A DNA stretch of 32,000 nucleotides from contig NZ_CP097762.1 in NCBI RefSeq assembly GCF_023585745.1, positions 120,001 through 152,000 on the forward strand. The letters run 5' to 3'. Position 1 is the first letter of the stretch. Each line of letters starts with the position of its first letter. The translations under genes were made by a program, and so were the position numbers. The notes beneath the pieces are model-generated. The model saw nothing but the letters and a program-made list of their open reading frames with translations. It made no database searches and was not told the origin of the DNA. Source of the stretch: Candidatus Saccharimonadota bacterium (GTDB taxonomy: Bacteria > Pseudomonadota > Gammaproteobacteria > Enterobacterales > Enterobacteriaceae). Below are positions 8,922-19,949 of this stretch, one piece after another.

Positions 8922-11336
8922 TTATATAAAATGTATTTTTTGATATGGAAACATTTGTGTTTTTAACATTTTATATGGGTTAGATTGACAATCTTCTAAA
9001 GAATTATAAAGTCTAATATTTAATTTTATTTTATTATCGTAAATATTACGATTTGATAGCTTGATCCAATCAATAATATTTCTTTCAAATTCCATATTTA
9101 TACTCCAACATGGAGTATAATACTGTATTCCTATTGCTTGATCGATACTTTTGTGATTTTTTAAATTATAATAATGAGAAATACTTATATTCCAGCTATC
9201 AATAATTGGAAAATAATTAAGTATTCCCAATTGAGATATTGTATTATGATAAATTGATTCATCACAGTGTGGTAATATACATTTTAAATATTTTTTATTT
9301 AAATATTTATATTGTATCTGTGAGACTTGATTATTATTTCCGACATATTCTAATATTATATTTCCAAACGGTACTATATGATTATATATATGATAATATA
9401 TTTCAGAATTCATATGCCAATTTTTATTAATATTAAAATATCCGGTGCTTAAAAAAAATGTGTTATTTGATTTTTCTTTGTCCCTACATCTAATGATTTT
9501 TAAAGATTTATAATTATAATTAATGATGTCAAAAACTTGCCCTATAGATATATAACATAATTCTTTTTGCTGTATTTTATTAAAATATCGGAAAGTAATA
9601 TCTCCTATAATTTGATGCATAGGTGCAATACGATCTAATCCACTGTATGTGGTTCCATAAAATAAATTTTTATAACTCCTATGAATAAAACTAGTATCAT
9701 ATATACCAATATTTTCTTGAAAAGAATACGGTATGTAGACATATTGTATCCGTGGTTCTAAAAAATGTTTATATTTATTAAATAAATTTTTTTTACTTTC
9801 AAAAACCATTTGACCATTAATCTTAAATTTCGGAACAATACGATTAATTATATGCTTTAAGTGAGATGCTGTATGTTGAAGATTATAAAAATTTATGTTG
9901 TTTTGTTGATAATGTGTAATTTTTAATTTTGCTTCCGTATTAAGGTTGTTCCAATAATTATATATTGAAAAATTTAACTTGGGTTCTAAATGTATTCGAA
10001 TTGTTTTTGGAAAATAATAATTAGTGGGTATAAATTGTGTTATTTGACTAAATATTTTTAGTTCAAATAATTGTTTTTGTGTGTTACTACTATAACATAA
10101 TGCGTTTAACTCTAATTGTGGCGCAGCTCTATAATTAGGATATTGTTTTTTTATTGCGTCTTTAACACCGGTAAAACCAAGATAAGCTAAATTAGCATTC
10201 CAAGTTTCTTTATTATAACTACATAAAATTTTTTGATTAATAGTATTATTATGTATACTGCTATATTTTGGTGTACAAACATTTTTAATATTGTTATTTG
10301 AGTTTATAGATGAAAGATAATCAGCATTAAAATGCCAATATTTGTTCATAAAACCCTTGTGATTCCAATATAATTGCCAAAATTTATTTATTTCTTTTTT
10401 GTTATGAGCATTTTTTTTTGGTAATTTTTTGTTGTTATTTAAATGTAGGATTAATGATCCTTTTCCTGGAAAAAGAAAATAGTTTAATTGTGTTTCCAAC
10501 GTTATTCCAGAATGAGCTGAGTAACATGGAGAAATAATTCCTGAGTAATATTTTGAAACATTATTAATAATAGGATAAGGGATTTTAAATTCTAATCCAT
10601 TTTTACTACTATATTTAATAGTAGGTATATATTGTTTTAATTTACTATCTTTTTTTAAGGATATTGAAAAAAAAGGACTATAAAATATAGGTATTTTTTT
10701 AATTCTAATGCAAGCATTCCAAATATCTAGTTTTTGTTTATAACGATCATAAATCATTTGTGATCCTGTGATATTCCAGTAATCATCATTTATAATGCAA
10801 GATGTGCATTTCCCTTGTTTTAGAATAGTGTAACGATTGTTTTTTCTTTGTATAATAGAATTTGCGTTTCCATGAACAGGAGAATTTAATAAATGATATG
10901 TTCCTTGATAAAAATCTATATTTTTGTTATTTAAATTGATTAATGCTTGTGCACTTGTTATTGCAATATAATTACTGTTGTAATTTACATGCCCATAGGC
11001 ATGTATTGTGTCACACAATAATTTAATATTTTCATTATAAGAAATTATTAATTTATCTGCCAGTAAAGTACTATGATCTTGTTTGATATTAACATTTCCG
11101 GATAATTGAATTTTTTTATCATAAAAATGTATATCTAACTCATCAGAGTATACATAAATTGATTTATTTATAGAGAAAGAATTATTGAAAATTTGATGCT
11201 GTGCATAATTGGAAGACGCATAACTTACAACATTAAAAGTGATATAAAATATAAAAAAAATTGTTTTGATAATAAATTTTTCATAAAAATATTTGGTATT
11301 ATCAAATAAATTATTTTGATATATATTTAATAACAT
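8922..11336 (-). CDS. lptD: LPS-assembly outer membrane protein LptD (Imp/OstA)
   Basis: 804 aa, against 784 in E. coli. Collinear blocks are NRYTILKQGKCTSC (E. coli NRYTILDNGSFTSC), IPIFYSPFF, FWQLYWNHKG (E. coli WLFYWNHSG), RAAPQLELN, RIHLEPKLN, NTEAKL..THYQQ, EPRIQYVYIPY, YSGLDRI and the C-terminal MFPYQ. The n-region before the hydrophobic signal core is unusually long (about 20 aa), so the exact start is less certain. Confidence 0.9.
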   Translation of the reverse strand: MLLNIYQNNLFDNTKYFYEKFIIKTIFFIFYITFNVVSYASSNYAQHQIFNNSFSINKSIYVYSDELDIHFYDKKIQLSGNVNIKQDHSTLLADKLIISYNENIKLLCDTIHAYGHVNYNSNYIAITSAQALINLNNKNIDFYQGTYHLLNSPVHGNANSIIQRKNNRYTILKQGKCTSCIINDDYWNITGSQMIYDRYKQKLDIWNACIRIKKIPIFYSPFFSISLKKDSKLKQYIPTIKYSSKNGLEFKIPYPIINNVSKYYSGIISPCYSAHSGITLETQLNYFLFPGKGSLILHLNNNKKLPKKNAHNKKEINKFWQLYWNHKGFMNKYWHFNADYLSSINSNNNIKNVCTPKYSSIHNNTINQKILCSYNKETWNANLAYLGFTGVKDAIKKQYPNYRAAPQLELNALCYSSNTQKQLFELKIFSQITQFIPTNYYFPKTIRIHLEPKLNFSIYNYWNNLNTEAKLKITHYQQNNINFYNLQHTASHLKHIINRIVPKFKINGQMVFESKKNLFNKYKHFLEPRIQYVYIPYSFQENIGIYDTSFIHRSYKNLFYGTTYSGLDRIAPMHQIIGDITFRYFNKIQQKELCYISIGQVFDIINYNYKSLKIIRCRDKEKSNNTFFLSTGYFNINKNWHMNSEIYYHIYNHIVPFGNIILEYVGNNNQVSQIQYKYLNKKYLKCILPHCDESIYHNTISQLGILNYFPIIDSWNISISHYYNLKNHKSIDQAIGIQYYTPCWSINMEFERNIIDWIKLSNRNIYDNKIKLNIRLYNSLEDCQSNPYKMLKTQMFPYQKIHFI

Positions 11337-11791
11337 TAATTTTTATAGGATGAGATAACACGTCACAGTTGTAATATAGAAATTTACATATATTATATTC
11401 TAATAATAGATACACTAGTATTCAATTGTTACTGGTAATATTATTATTAGTGCATATAAGTATATGAATTATTAAAAGTATAAGACTAAATATTGTAAAT
11501 TTAATATTTTTGTTTATTAAAGAAAATTCTCATATAAATATATAATGTATTAACAGCACCATATTACAATAGTTTTATTGTGGAGTATATAAATACTGAA
11601 ATAACACCATGTTAATAACAGTTGTTTCATATTATTTTAAGGTATTTTACTATTATTTAATTTATATGAAACTATTATAATTAGAATTTTGTTAAGCAAA
11701 AATTTAATAAGCCAGTCTATATAAAGAAACCAACAACATGATATGTGGTATAATTATATATTGTGTAATTTAAAAAAGTTTTAATTTATAT

Positions 11792-12400
11792 TTATTTTAA
11801 ATATGACAATTGGTTATTTTCATATTTTGTGATTTCGGAATCATGCTGCAAAGTTACATCAATACTATCTAGTGTATTAAAATAATACTTATAAAAATTA
11901 TTAATTTTAAAGAAATATTGTGTTTTTTCCGTGACAATGGTTGTTTCAGATAAATTTATGGTAAAAGTTTGTGCTTTTTGTTTTTTAAATATATCTATAA
12001 ACAAATTGTTTACTATTATTTCAGATAAAATTATAGGAAATAAATTATTAATAAGACTATTTTTATAAAAAATATCTGAAAAACTTGGCGCTATTATTAC
12101 TTTAAATCCATAATCTTTAAGCGCCCATACTGCATGTTCTCGTGATGAACCACATCCAAAGTTTTTTTGAGTCAATAAAATACTGGAATTTTTATATATT
12201 GGATTATTAAGTATAAAATTAGAATTTAGTGTTTTTCCGATTTTGTCGGTAAACCTCCAATCAAAAAATAAATATCGTCCAAAATTAATACGAGTAATTT
12301 CTTGTAAAAATTGTTTTGGAATGATATTATCGGTATCAATATTAGCTATATTAAGTGGTAAAACTACTCCAGTATGTTGCATGGTATACCTAGTAAACAT
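11792..12400 (-). CDS. leuD: 3-isopropylmalate dehydratase small subunit
   Basis: 202 aa. HTGVVLPLNIANIDTDNIIPKQFL, NFGCGSSREHAVWALKDYGFKVIIAPSFSDIFYKNS and LDSIDVTLQH match E. coli LeuD (201 aa). Confidence 0.95.
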   Translation of the reverse strand: MFTRYTMQHTGVVLPLNIANIDTDNIIPKQFLQEITRINFGRYLFFDWRFTDKIGKTLNSNFILNNPIYKNSSILLTQKNFGCGSSREHAVWALKDYGFKVIIAPSFSDIFYKNSLINNLFPIILSEIIVNNLFIDIFKKQKAQTFTINLSETTIVTEKTQYFFKINNFYKYYFNTLDSIDVTLQHDSEITKYENNQLSYLK

Positions 12401-12416
12401 AGTATAGTAGATGTTT

Positions 12417-13823
12417 TTATGTTATTTTTTTTACAAATTCTCTTATATCTATAAAATGACCAGAAATCGCAGCAGCAGCTGCCATTGTGGGGCTGACTAA
12501 ATGCGTTAATCCCCCCCGACCTTGACGTCCTTCAAAATTTCGATTACTGGTAGAAGCACAACGTTCCCCTATATTAAGTCGATCGTCATTCATCGCTAAA
12601 CACATGGAACAACCAGGTGATCGCCATTCGAATCCTGATCGTATAAATATTTTATCTATTCCTTCTTTTTCTGCTTGATTTTTTACTATTTTAGACCCAG
12701 GAACTACGAATGCTTGTATATTATTAGAAATATAATGACCTTTAACTATATTTGCTGCCAAACGTAAATCTTCTATACGTGAATTTGTACATGAACCTAT
12801 AAATACTTTATCAATAGAAACATCAGTTAAATACATATTTGGTTTAAGACGCATATAATTTAACGCGCGTTTAGCAGCATCACGTTCAACAGGATTTATA
12901 AATGATTCTAAAGATGGAATAGGCTGATCAATAGATATTACCTGACTTGGATTAGTTCCCCAAGTTATTTGGGGGTTAATTTTAGACACATCAAAATTAA
13001 ATTTTTTATTAAAAACAGCGTCATTATCAGAATATAAAGTGTTCCAATATAATACAGCTTTATTCCAATCTTCTCCAGACGGAGAAAATTTACGATTTTT
13101 TAAATATTGATAAGTAATATGATCTGGAGCTATTAATGCTGAAATAGCTCCCATTTCAATAGCCATATTACAAAGCGTCATACGTTCTTCCATAGTCAAA
13201 TATTTAATAACATCTCCGCAAAACTCCACTACATGACCAGATGCACCTCCATGACCGATTTTACCAATAATTGCTAAAATTATATCTTTAGCTGTAGTAT
13301 ATTTTGGCACAAAACCAGATAATTTTATTTGCATAGATTTATACTGCATCTGTCGTAAAGTTTGTGTGGCTAATACATGTTCTATTTCTGAAGTACCTAT
13401 ACCAAAAGCTAATGCCCCAAAAGCACCATGAGTAGAAGTATGAGAATCTCCGCATACTATAGTCATACCAGGTAATGTCAAACCTTGTTCTGGTGCTACC
13501 ACATGCACAATACCTTGATATGGATGATATAAATCGAATAATGTAATTCCGAAATCCTTACAATTTTTTGTAAGTGTGTCTAATTGTATTTTGGCTACTT
13601 TGCTAGTATCTAAAAGATTAATAGTGGGAACATTATGATCCATAGTAGCAAAAGTTTTATTAGGTTGTCTCACCAAACGTTTTTTAGATCTTAATGCCTC
13701 AAAAGCTTGGGGTGAAGTAACCTCATGCAATAAATGTCGATCAATATATAATATTGGAATATCATTCTTATTATCATATACTATATGTGAATCATATAAT
13801 TTTTGATATAAAGATTTGCACAT
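12417..13823 (-). CDS. leuC: 3-isopropylmalate dehydratase large subunit
   Basis: 468 aa. [26 protein letters not shown] and [24 protein letters not shown] are present. The aconitase-family Fe-S cysteines are present in [12 protein letters not shown] and [10 protein letters not shown]. Collinear with E. coli LeuC (466 aa). Confidence 0.97.
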   Translation of the reverse strand: MCKSLYQKLYDSHIVYDNKNDIPILYIDRHLLHEVTSPQAFEALRSKKRLVRQPNKTFATMDHNVPTINLLDTSKVAKIQLDTLTKNCKDFGITLFDLYHPYQGIVHVVAPEQGLTLPGMTIVCGDSHTSTHGAFGALAFGIGTSEIEHVLATQTLRQMQYKSMQIKLSGFVPKYTTAKDIILAIIGKIGHGGASGHVVEFCGDVIKYLTMEERMTLCNMAIEMGAISALIAPDHITYQYLKNRKFSPSGEDWNKAVLYWNTLYSDNDAVFNKKFNFDVSKINPQITWGTNPSQVISIDQPIPSLESFINPVERDAAKRALNYMRLKPNMYLTDVSIDKVFIGSCTNSRIEDLRLAANIVKGHYISNNIQAFVVPGSKIVKNQAEKEGIDKIFIRSGFEWRSPGCSMCLAMNDDRLNIGERCASTSNRNFEGRQGRGGLTHLVSPTMAAAAAISGHFIDIREFVKKIT

Positions 13824-13827
13824 ATTA

Positions 13828-14931
13828 TTATTTTTCTCGTTTTTTCAGTAATGATGTTATAATATCTCCCATTTCATTAGTACCAATTATATTGGTTTTA
13901 CAATCTTTTGCAATATCAATTGTCCTATATCCTAATTCTAATGCTTGAAATACTGCATTTTCGATAGCTAATGCAATATAATTTAGTTTTAAACTATATC
14001 TAAATAATAATGCTAAGGATAAAATATGTGCTATAGGATTGGCAACATTTTTTCCTGCAATATCTGGCGCAGATCCTCCTGCAGGTTCATATAACCCAAA
14101 ATTAAATTCATTAATACTAGCGGAAGGTAGCATTCCAATAGATCCGATTAGCATACCGCATTCATCGGATAAAATATCTCCAAATAAATTTGGACACAAA
14201 ATAACATCAAATTTAGATGGATCTTTAATTAATTGCATGCTAGCGTTATCAACATATAAATGTTCTAATGTTACATCTGGATAATTTTTTGAAATTTCTG
14301 ATACAATTTCTCTCCAAAAAGTAGAAGTACATAATACATTAGCTTTATCTATAGAAAATAGATGCTTATGTCTTTTTTGGGCTAATTTAAACGCAAATTG
14401 TGTAATGCGTTCTATTTCAAAACGATGATAAATTGTTGTATCAAAAGCGTATTCATTTGGGCCTTCCCCGAAGCGTCCTCTAGGTTTACCAAAATAAATA
14501 CCACCAATTAATTCTCTTATGAATATAATATTAATTCCGCGAGGAATGATTTTAATATCTAAAGGAGATAGTGATCTTAATGTACCTGGTAAGTATGTTG
14601 GCCGTAAATTAATAAAGAAATTGAAATATTTTCTTAAAGCTAATAAAGAACCTTGTTCTGGTGTTTTTAATCCCTTTAAATGAGCCCATTGTGGACCACC
14701 CACTGCTCCAAGTAATATTGCATCAGATTGTTGGCAACACTTTAAAGTGCTATCAGGTAACGGCGTGCCGGTATGATTAATTGCATCACCACCTACCTTA
14801 CATTCTGTAGTAATAATATTAATTTTAAATTCATTTTTTATAACTGATAAAATTTTATAAGATTGTCTTGTAATTTCTGGGCCAATGCCATCTCCTGGTA
14901 ACATGGCAATATGATAATAATTTTTATTCAT
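13828..14931 (-). CDS. leuB: 3-isopropylmalate dehydrogenase
   Basis: 367 aa. [15 protein letters not shown], the signature [25 protein letters not shown], and [21 protein letters not shown] match E. coli LeuB (363 aa). Confidence 0.97.
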   Translation of the reverse strand: MNKNYYHIAMLPGDGIGPEITRQSYKILSVIKNEFKINIITTECKVGGDAINHTGTPLPDSTLKCCQQSDAILLGAVGGPQWAHLKGLKTPEQGSLLALRKYFNFFINLRPTYLPGTLRSLSPLDIKIIPRGINIIFIRELIGGIYFGKPRGRFGEGPNEYAFDTTIYHRFEIERITQFAFKLAQKRHKHLFSIDKANVLCTSTFWREIVSEISKNYPDVTLEHLYVDNASMQLIKDPSKFDVILCPNLFGDILSDECGMLIGSIGMLPSASINEFNFGLYEPAGGSAPDIAGKNVANPIAHILSLALLFRYSLKLNYIALAIENAVFQALELGYRTIDIAKDCKTNIIGTNEMGDIITSLLKKREK

Positions 14932-14950
14932 AAATGTTTATATTTCCATG

Positions 14951-16504
14951 TTATTTATGATTATATTTTTTAAGAAATTTTTTAATTATTACTTGTTCGG
15001 AACGCCAAATATTATTTAATACATTAATTATAGCGGTTACAGAAGATTCAATCACATCTGCCGATAATGCTGTTCCATGAAAATTACGATCTTTGTATGA
15101 TACGATAATATCTACTTGTCCTAATGTATTAGGATTATGTCCTTTAGCTCTAATTTGGTATTTTTCTAGATTAATAGGTACTTTGGTGATATAAATTAAC
15201 GCCGAATAAATCGCAGCTATAGGACCATTTCCATTAGCTGAATAAGTACATATTTTTTTACCGCAATATAATTGTATTGAAGCAGTAGCGATACCAGCAG
15301 AATTAGAAGTTACATAAAAATTTTTTAATTTAAAAAATTCTACATATTTTTTTTGAGTAGTAATAAATGCTAATGATTCTAAATCATAATCAAATACTTG
15401 ACCTTTTTTATCTGCCAATTCTAAAAAATCTTTATATAATTTATCCATATCATAATCATTATTTTGATAACCCATTTCTTTCATATGATATTTCACAGCT
15501 GCTCTTCCAGATCTAGATGTAAGATTCAATTTGACCTCTTTTACTCCAACATTTTCTGGTTTTAGAATTTCATAATTTTTTCTATTTTTCAATACTCCGT
15601 CTTGATGAATCCCAGAAGAATGGGAAAATGCATTTTCTCCAACTATTGCTTTATTAGTAGGAATAGGTAAATTACATAATTTACTAACTATTTGACTAGT
15701 TCTGTAAATTTCCTTATGTTTAATATCCGTATATACATTTAAAATATCATTTTTTATTTTAATCGCCATAACGATCTCTTCTAAAGCAGCATTTCCTGCG
15801 CGTTCTCCAATACCATTAATGGTGCCTTCAATTTGACGAGCTCCTGATTGTATAGCAGTAATTGAATTGCCAACTGCCATACCTAAATCATCATGACAAT
15901 GTACCGAAATTACTGCTTTATCAATAATAGGAACACGATTACATAAAGATGTAATAATTTTTCCAAATTGATATGGCGTTGTGTAACCTACTGTATCAGG
16001 AATATTAATTGTATTAGCTCCAGATTTAATTGCAATTTCAACAATACGGCATAAGTTATCTATATTGGTGCGTCCAGCATCTTCACAAGAAAATTCTATA
16101 TTGTCGGTATATTTTCTTGCGTACCGTATTGCATGTGTAGTCATTTCTATAATTTGATCAAAATTTTTTTTTAATTTAGATTGTAAATGTATTTCTGAAG
16201 TCGGTAGAAATATATGAATTCGAAAATTATCTGCCAAATGTAATGCTGCTGCTGCAATATCAATATCTTTTTCAGTGCATCTAGCTAAAGCACATACCAA
16301 ACTATTTTTTATTTTTTGAGCAATTGTATGTACTGATTTAAAATCTCCTGGAGAAGAGACTGGAAACCCTACCTCCATTACATCTACTCCTAATCGTTCT
16401 AAAGCAAAAGCAATTTGTAGTTTTTCTTTAACGCCTAAGCTAGTTTGTAAAGCTTGTTCACCATCTCTTAAAGTTGTATCAAAAATAATTATTTTTTGAT
16501 TCAT
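14951..16504 (-). CDS. leuA: 2-isopropylmalate synthase
   Basis: 517 aa. [40 protein letters not shown], the HxH metal site [15 protein letters not shown], and [12 protein letters not shown] are present, along with the C-terminal LeuA regulatory domain. It is the first gene of the minus-strand leuABCD operon. Confidence 0.97.
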   Translation of the reverse strand: MNQKIIIFDTTLRDGEQALQTSLGVKEKLQIAFALERLGVDVMEVGFPVSSPGDFKSVHTIAQKIKNSLVCALARCTEKDIDIAAAALHLADNFRIHIFLPTSEIHLQSKLKKNFDQIIEMTTHAIRYARKYTDNIEFSCEDAGRTNIDNLCRIVEIAIKSGANTINIPDTVGYTTPYQFGKIITSLCNRVPIIDKAVISVHCHDDLGMAVGNSITAIQSGARQIEGTINGIGERAGNAALEEIVMAIKIKNDILNVYTDIKHKEIYRTSQIVSKLCNLPIPTNKAIVGENAFSHSSGIHQDGVLKNRKNYEILKPENVGVKEVKLNLTSRSGRAAVKYHMKEMGYQNNDYDMDKLYKDFLELADKKGQVFDYDLESLAFITTQKKYVEFFKLKNFYVTSNSAGIATASIQLYCGKKICTYSANGNGPIAAIYSALIYITKVPINLEKYQIRAKGHNPNTLGQVDIIVSYKDRNFHGTALSADVIESSVTAIINVLNNIWRSEQVIIKKFLKKYNHK

Positions 16505-16914
16505 AACGCATCCATATTTTATAAATTATAGCGCAAAACATACGTATATAATGTATATTTATTATTGTTAATATTTACTGTTAATTAGTAACACTATAGA
16601 ATTAAATATAATTTATTATAGTAAATTTATTAAATATTATTAATTATGAATGTTATGGTTTCGGTTTTATTAAAAATATTGTAATGTATTTAAAATTAAA
16701 TTTTTTATATTTAGTTATATTAAATAATTAATAACTGGTGTTATAAGAAATTATTACCATTATTAGTATATAAAACAGTAAATATATCACAATTTTATAT
16801 ATTTTTATAGACATAGTCTATGATGAAATATACACTATTATATAATAAGTATTTTATTAAAAAAATAACTAAATCAATGTATTAACTGTAATACAATTTA
16901 GTAAGAGACTATGT
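16505..16914. promoter_or_regulatory. Divergent intergenic region that must carry the leuABCD promoter (minus) and the dcw-cluster promoter (plus)
   Basis: This is a 410-bp AT-rich spacer between the divergently oriented leuA start (16504) and the rsmH start. Both multi-gene operons begin here, so their promoters are presumably inside. Many TATAAT-like hexamers occur, for example minus-strand TATAAT at 16530-16525. None can be singled out in such AT-rich DNA. Confidence 0.45.
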
Positions 16915-16923
16915 GTGTTATAT

Positions 16924-17871
16924 ATGTATAATGAGCATGATAGTGTATTATTAAATGAATCTATACAAGCATTAAATATCAAATCTACTGGAATATATAT
17001 AGATGGCACTTTTGGTGCCGGTGGACATTCCAAATTAATACTATCTAAATTAACTAGATCAGGACATTTATTTGGAATGGATAGAGATTGGTTATCTATA
17101 AAAATTGGAAAAAATATTGCAGAACAGGATAAAAGATTTACTATTATACATAGTGAATTTTCTAAAATATATCAACATATTAAACATATGGGATTGATTG
17201 GTGTTATAGACGGAATTTTATTAGATCTAGGGATAAGTGCACTACAACTAAACGATAGTAGTAGAGGATTCTCATTTATGAGAGATGGATTATTAGATAT
17301 GCGTATGGATATTAACACAGGAATATCCGCCGCTAAATGGTTAGCAAAGGCGTCGCAAAAAGAAATTTCTACAGTATTAAAAATGTTTGGAGAGGAACGA
17401 TTCGCTAATAATATTTCTAAAGTAATAGTTAAATACAGAACGCACAAGCCTATAGTAAATTCTGTAGTTTTGTCTAAGTTAATTTGTGATAATATCCCAC
17501 ATTATAGTGCTCACAAGCATCCTGCTACTAAAAGTTTTTTAGCAATCAGAATATATATCAATAATGAATTAGAAGAAATAATGAAAATATTAAATGATGC
17601 ATTAAATATTTTATCTCCTAAAGGAAGATTAGTGGTAATTAGTTTTAATTCACTTGAAGATCGTCTGGTCAAACATTTTATTCGTAAACATAGTAGTGAA
17701 GTTTCTATACCTCATAAGTTACCTTTAACACAGTGTCAAATTTTGAATATTTTTTACAATAAACATCAATTAAAAAATATGGGTAAATTAATACCTAAAA
17801 AACAAGAAATTAAAAATAATATACGTGCTCGTAGCGCGATATTACGTTACGCAGAAAAATTAATTCTTTAA
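16924..17871 (+). CDS. rsmH: 16S rRNA (cytosine1402-N4)-methyltransferase (MraW)
   Basis: HDSVLLNESIQALNI..GIYIDGTFGAGGHS, ILLDLGISALQLND..RGFSFMRDGLLDMRMD, FGEERFA, HPATKSF and ISFNSLEDRLVK are collinear with E. coli RsmH (313 aa). ATG at 16924 is preferred. An in-frame GTG at 16915 (the ORF-track start) is an alternative. Confidence 0.94.
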   Translation: MYNEHDSVLLNESIQALNIKSTGIYIDGTFGAGGHSKLILSKLTRSGHLFGMDRDWLSIKIGKNIAEQDKRFTIIHSEFSKIYQHIKHMGLIGVIDGILLDLGISALQLNDSSRGFSFMRDGLLDMRMDINTGISAAKWLAKASQKEISTVLKMFGEERFANNISKVIVKYRTHKPIVNSVVLSKLICDNIPHYSAHKHPATKSFLAIRIYINNELEEIMKILNDALNILSPKGRLVVISFNSLEDRLVKHFIRKHSSEVSIPHKLPLTQCQILNIFYNKHQLKNMGKLIPKKQEIKNNIRARSAILRYAEKLIL

Positions 17872-17876
17872 ATATT

Positions 17877-18188
17877 ATGAAAACAGCAAAATATAATCTT
17901 GTCAGTATTATCTATCAAGATATTAGATATTTTGGAGTATTGCAAATTTTTTTACTATTATCAGTGTTAATAACAGCAATGTTAGTGGTCTTAGTCACTT
18001 ATAAAACTAGATGTTTAATTATGCATAGGGAAGCACTATTCTTAAAAAAAGAAAATTTAGATACTGAATGGCGGAATTTAATTCTTGAAGAGAAGATATT
18101 GTCACATCAGAGACGTATTGAACGTATAGCTACAGATACGTTGGGTATGTGCTATGTAAAATCAATGCAAAATAATATATTAAATTAA
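17877..18188 (+). CDS. ftsL: Cell division protein FtsL
   Basis: 103 aa with a single TM segment ([22 protein letters not shown]). This is followed by [31 protein letters not shown], matching E. coli [31 protein letters not shown]. Conserved position between rsmH and ftsI. The cytoplasmic N-terminus is shorter than in E. coli (121 aa). Confidence 0.9.
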   Translation: [103 protein letters not shown]

Positions 18189-18242
18189 TATATATTATTT
18201 TAATTTTTAATGTAAATAATTATAATTATATAATTATATTAT

Positions 18243-19949
18243 ATGAAAATTGTATATTATTGTTTTCAAATAATTTCAATTAAAAAACGTTTTAATTTAT
18301 TGTATAACTTCATGTTTTTTATATTAATTATTTTATTTGCACGATTAACTTATTTACAAGTTGTTCAGTCTAAAAAATTAATTAAAGAAGGAAATATACG
18401 TTCTTTGCGTATACAAAGTATACCAATAACCCGAGGCTTAATCACTGATCGTATGGGTCGTTTACTAGCTATTAGTATACCAGCATATTCTGTTTGTGTA
18501 GACCCACAAGAAGTAATAAAATATGGTGGAGTTTCTAAAAATATACACGATTGGACAAAATTATCTACAATATTATCAATACCACTCAATAAATTAGTTT
18601 CTTTAATTTCTCAGAATAATACGGGACATTTTTTTTATTTAGCAAGACAAGTGGATTCTTCAATTTATCAATGTATAAATCAACTTAAATTGCCAGGAGT
18701 ATATTTACAAAAAGAATCGAAAAGATATTATCCATCTGGACACATTACTGCGCATCTAATAGGGATAACAAACATAGATAATAAGGGCATTGAAGGTGTT
18801 GAAAAAAGTTTTGATGCTTACTTATCAGGTAAGCCAGGAACACGAATAATACGTAAAGATAAATATGGTAGAATAGTTGAAGAAGTTGTCGTGAAAACTA
18901 GTCAAAATCCTAAAAATATTGTACTCAGTATTGATGAACATATACAGTACGTAGCATTTAATGAATTAAATAATGCTATATATAATAATAAAGCGGAATC
19001 TGGAAGTTTAGTGCTTATAGATATCAATACTGGTGAAATTTTAGCTATGGTAAACAGTCCATCTTATAACCCTAATGATTTATCCACTGCTACTCAACAT
19101 ATTATGCGTAACCGAGCTATTACTGATGTATTTGAACCGGGTTCAACGGTAAAACCTATAGTTATTATGGCTGCTTTACAACATAAAATAATTAAGGAAA
19201 ATACTGTAATTAATACCGCTCCTTACATATTAGATGGTTATCGAATTAAAGATGTTGTATATCATGATCAATTAACTGTTCAAGAAATATTGCAAAAATC
19301 TAGTAATGTTGGTGTGTCTAGATTAGCACTTGCTATGCCTGAAACAACTTTAATAAAAATATATGCTAATTTTGGAATGGGTAAAGCTACAAATATAGGT
19401 TTAGTAGGAGAAAGCAGAGGAATATACCCAATATATAATAGATATATGTCAAATATAGAACGTGCTACATTTTCTTATGGATATGGATTAATGATCACAC
19501 CATTACAATTAGCTAAGGTTTATGCTACTATAGGTGGCATGGGGATACCTAAACCATTGTCTATTGTACGAATTAATTCTGTTTCTATGAAACAGAGTTC
19601 GGAAAAGCCTGTATTTCCAAAAGCTTTGGTACGTACTGTTATAGATATGATGGAGAGTATATCCGCTCCTGGTAATAGTGGGCATAAAGCAGCAATTAGA
19701 GGATATCGAGTTGCGGTAAAAACTGGTACTGTTAAAAAAGTTGGATCGGAAGGTAAATATATTAATCAATATGTTGCATATACCGTTGGAATAGCTCCGG
19801 CAAGCGACCCTAGATTTGCTTTAGTAGTTGTAATAAATAAACCTAAAAATGGTCATTATTATGGCGGTACAGTATCTGCTCCAGTATTTAGTGCAGTTAT
19901 GGGTAAAACATTAAAAATTATGAATGTAGCTCCAGATACTTCACAATAA
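18243..19949 (+). CDS. ftsI: Peptidoglycan D,D-transpeptidase FtsI (PBP3)
   Basis: 568 aa with an N-terminal TM anchor. The penicillin-binding motifs are GSTVKP (active-site Ser), SSNVG and KTGT. Conserved dcw position. Confidence 0.94.
   Translation: MKIVYYCFQIISIKKRFNLLYNFMFFILIILFARLTYLQVVQSKKLIKEGNIRSLRIQSIPITRGLITDRMGRLLAISIPAYSVCVDPQEVIKYGGVSKNIHDWTKLSTILSIPLNKLVSLISQNNTGHFFYLARQVDSSIYQCINQLKLPGVYLQKESKRYYPSGHITAHLIGITNIDNKGIEGVEKSFDAYLSGKPGTRIIRKDKYGRIVEEVVVKTSQNPKNIVLSIDEHIQYVAFNELNNAIYNNKAESGSLVLIDINTGEILAMVNSPSYNPNDLSTATQHIMRNRAITDVFEPGSTVKPIVIMAALQHKIIKENTVINTAPYILDGYRIKDVVYHDQLTVQEILQKSSNVGVSRLALAMPETTLIKIYANFGMGKATNIGLVGESRGIYPIYNRYMSNIERATFSYGYGLMITPLQLAKVYATIGGMGIPKPLSIVRINSVSMKQSSEKPVFPKALVRTVIDMMESISAPGNSGHKAAIRGYRVAVKTGTVKKVGSEGKYINQYVAYTVGIAPASDPRFALVVVINKPKNGHYYGGTVSAPVFSAVMGKTLKIMNVAPDTSQ

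Noticed and set aside
12470-12540. Locally GC-richer patches that might hide structured RNA genes. An example is GCAGCAGCAGCTGCC...CCCCCCCGACCTTGACG in leuC; similar patches occur in leuB, murF and ftsZ.
   Set aside because: They coincide with the most conserved protein-coding segments, which contain glycine, alanine and proline codons at active sites. They translate perfectly in the gene frame.
16646-16684. A 12-codon ORF (MNVMVSVLLKIL) in the leuA/rsmH spacer, considered as a possible leu leader peptide.
   Set aside because: It is on the plus strand, pointing away from leuA. It has no SD, no run of consecutive Leu codons and no following terminator/antiterminator structure. ORFs of this size are expected by chance.
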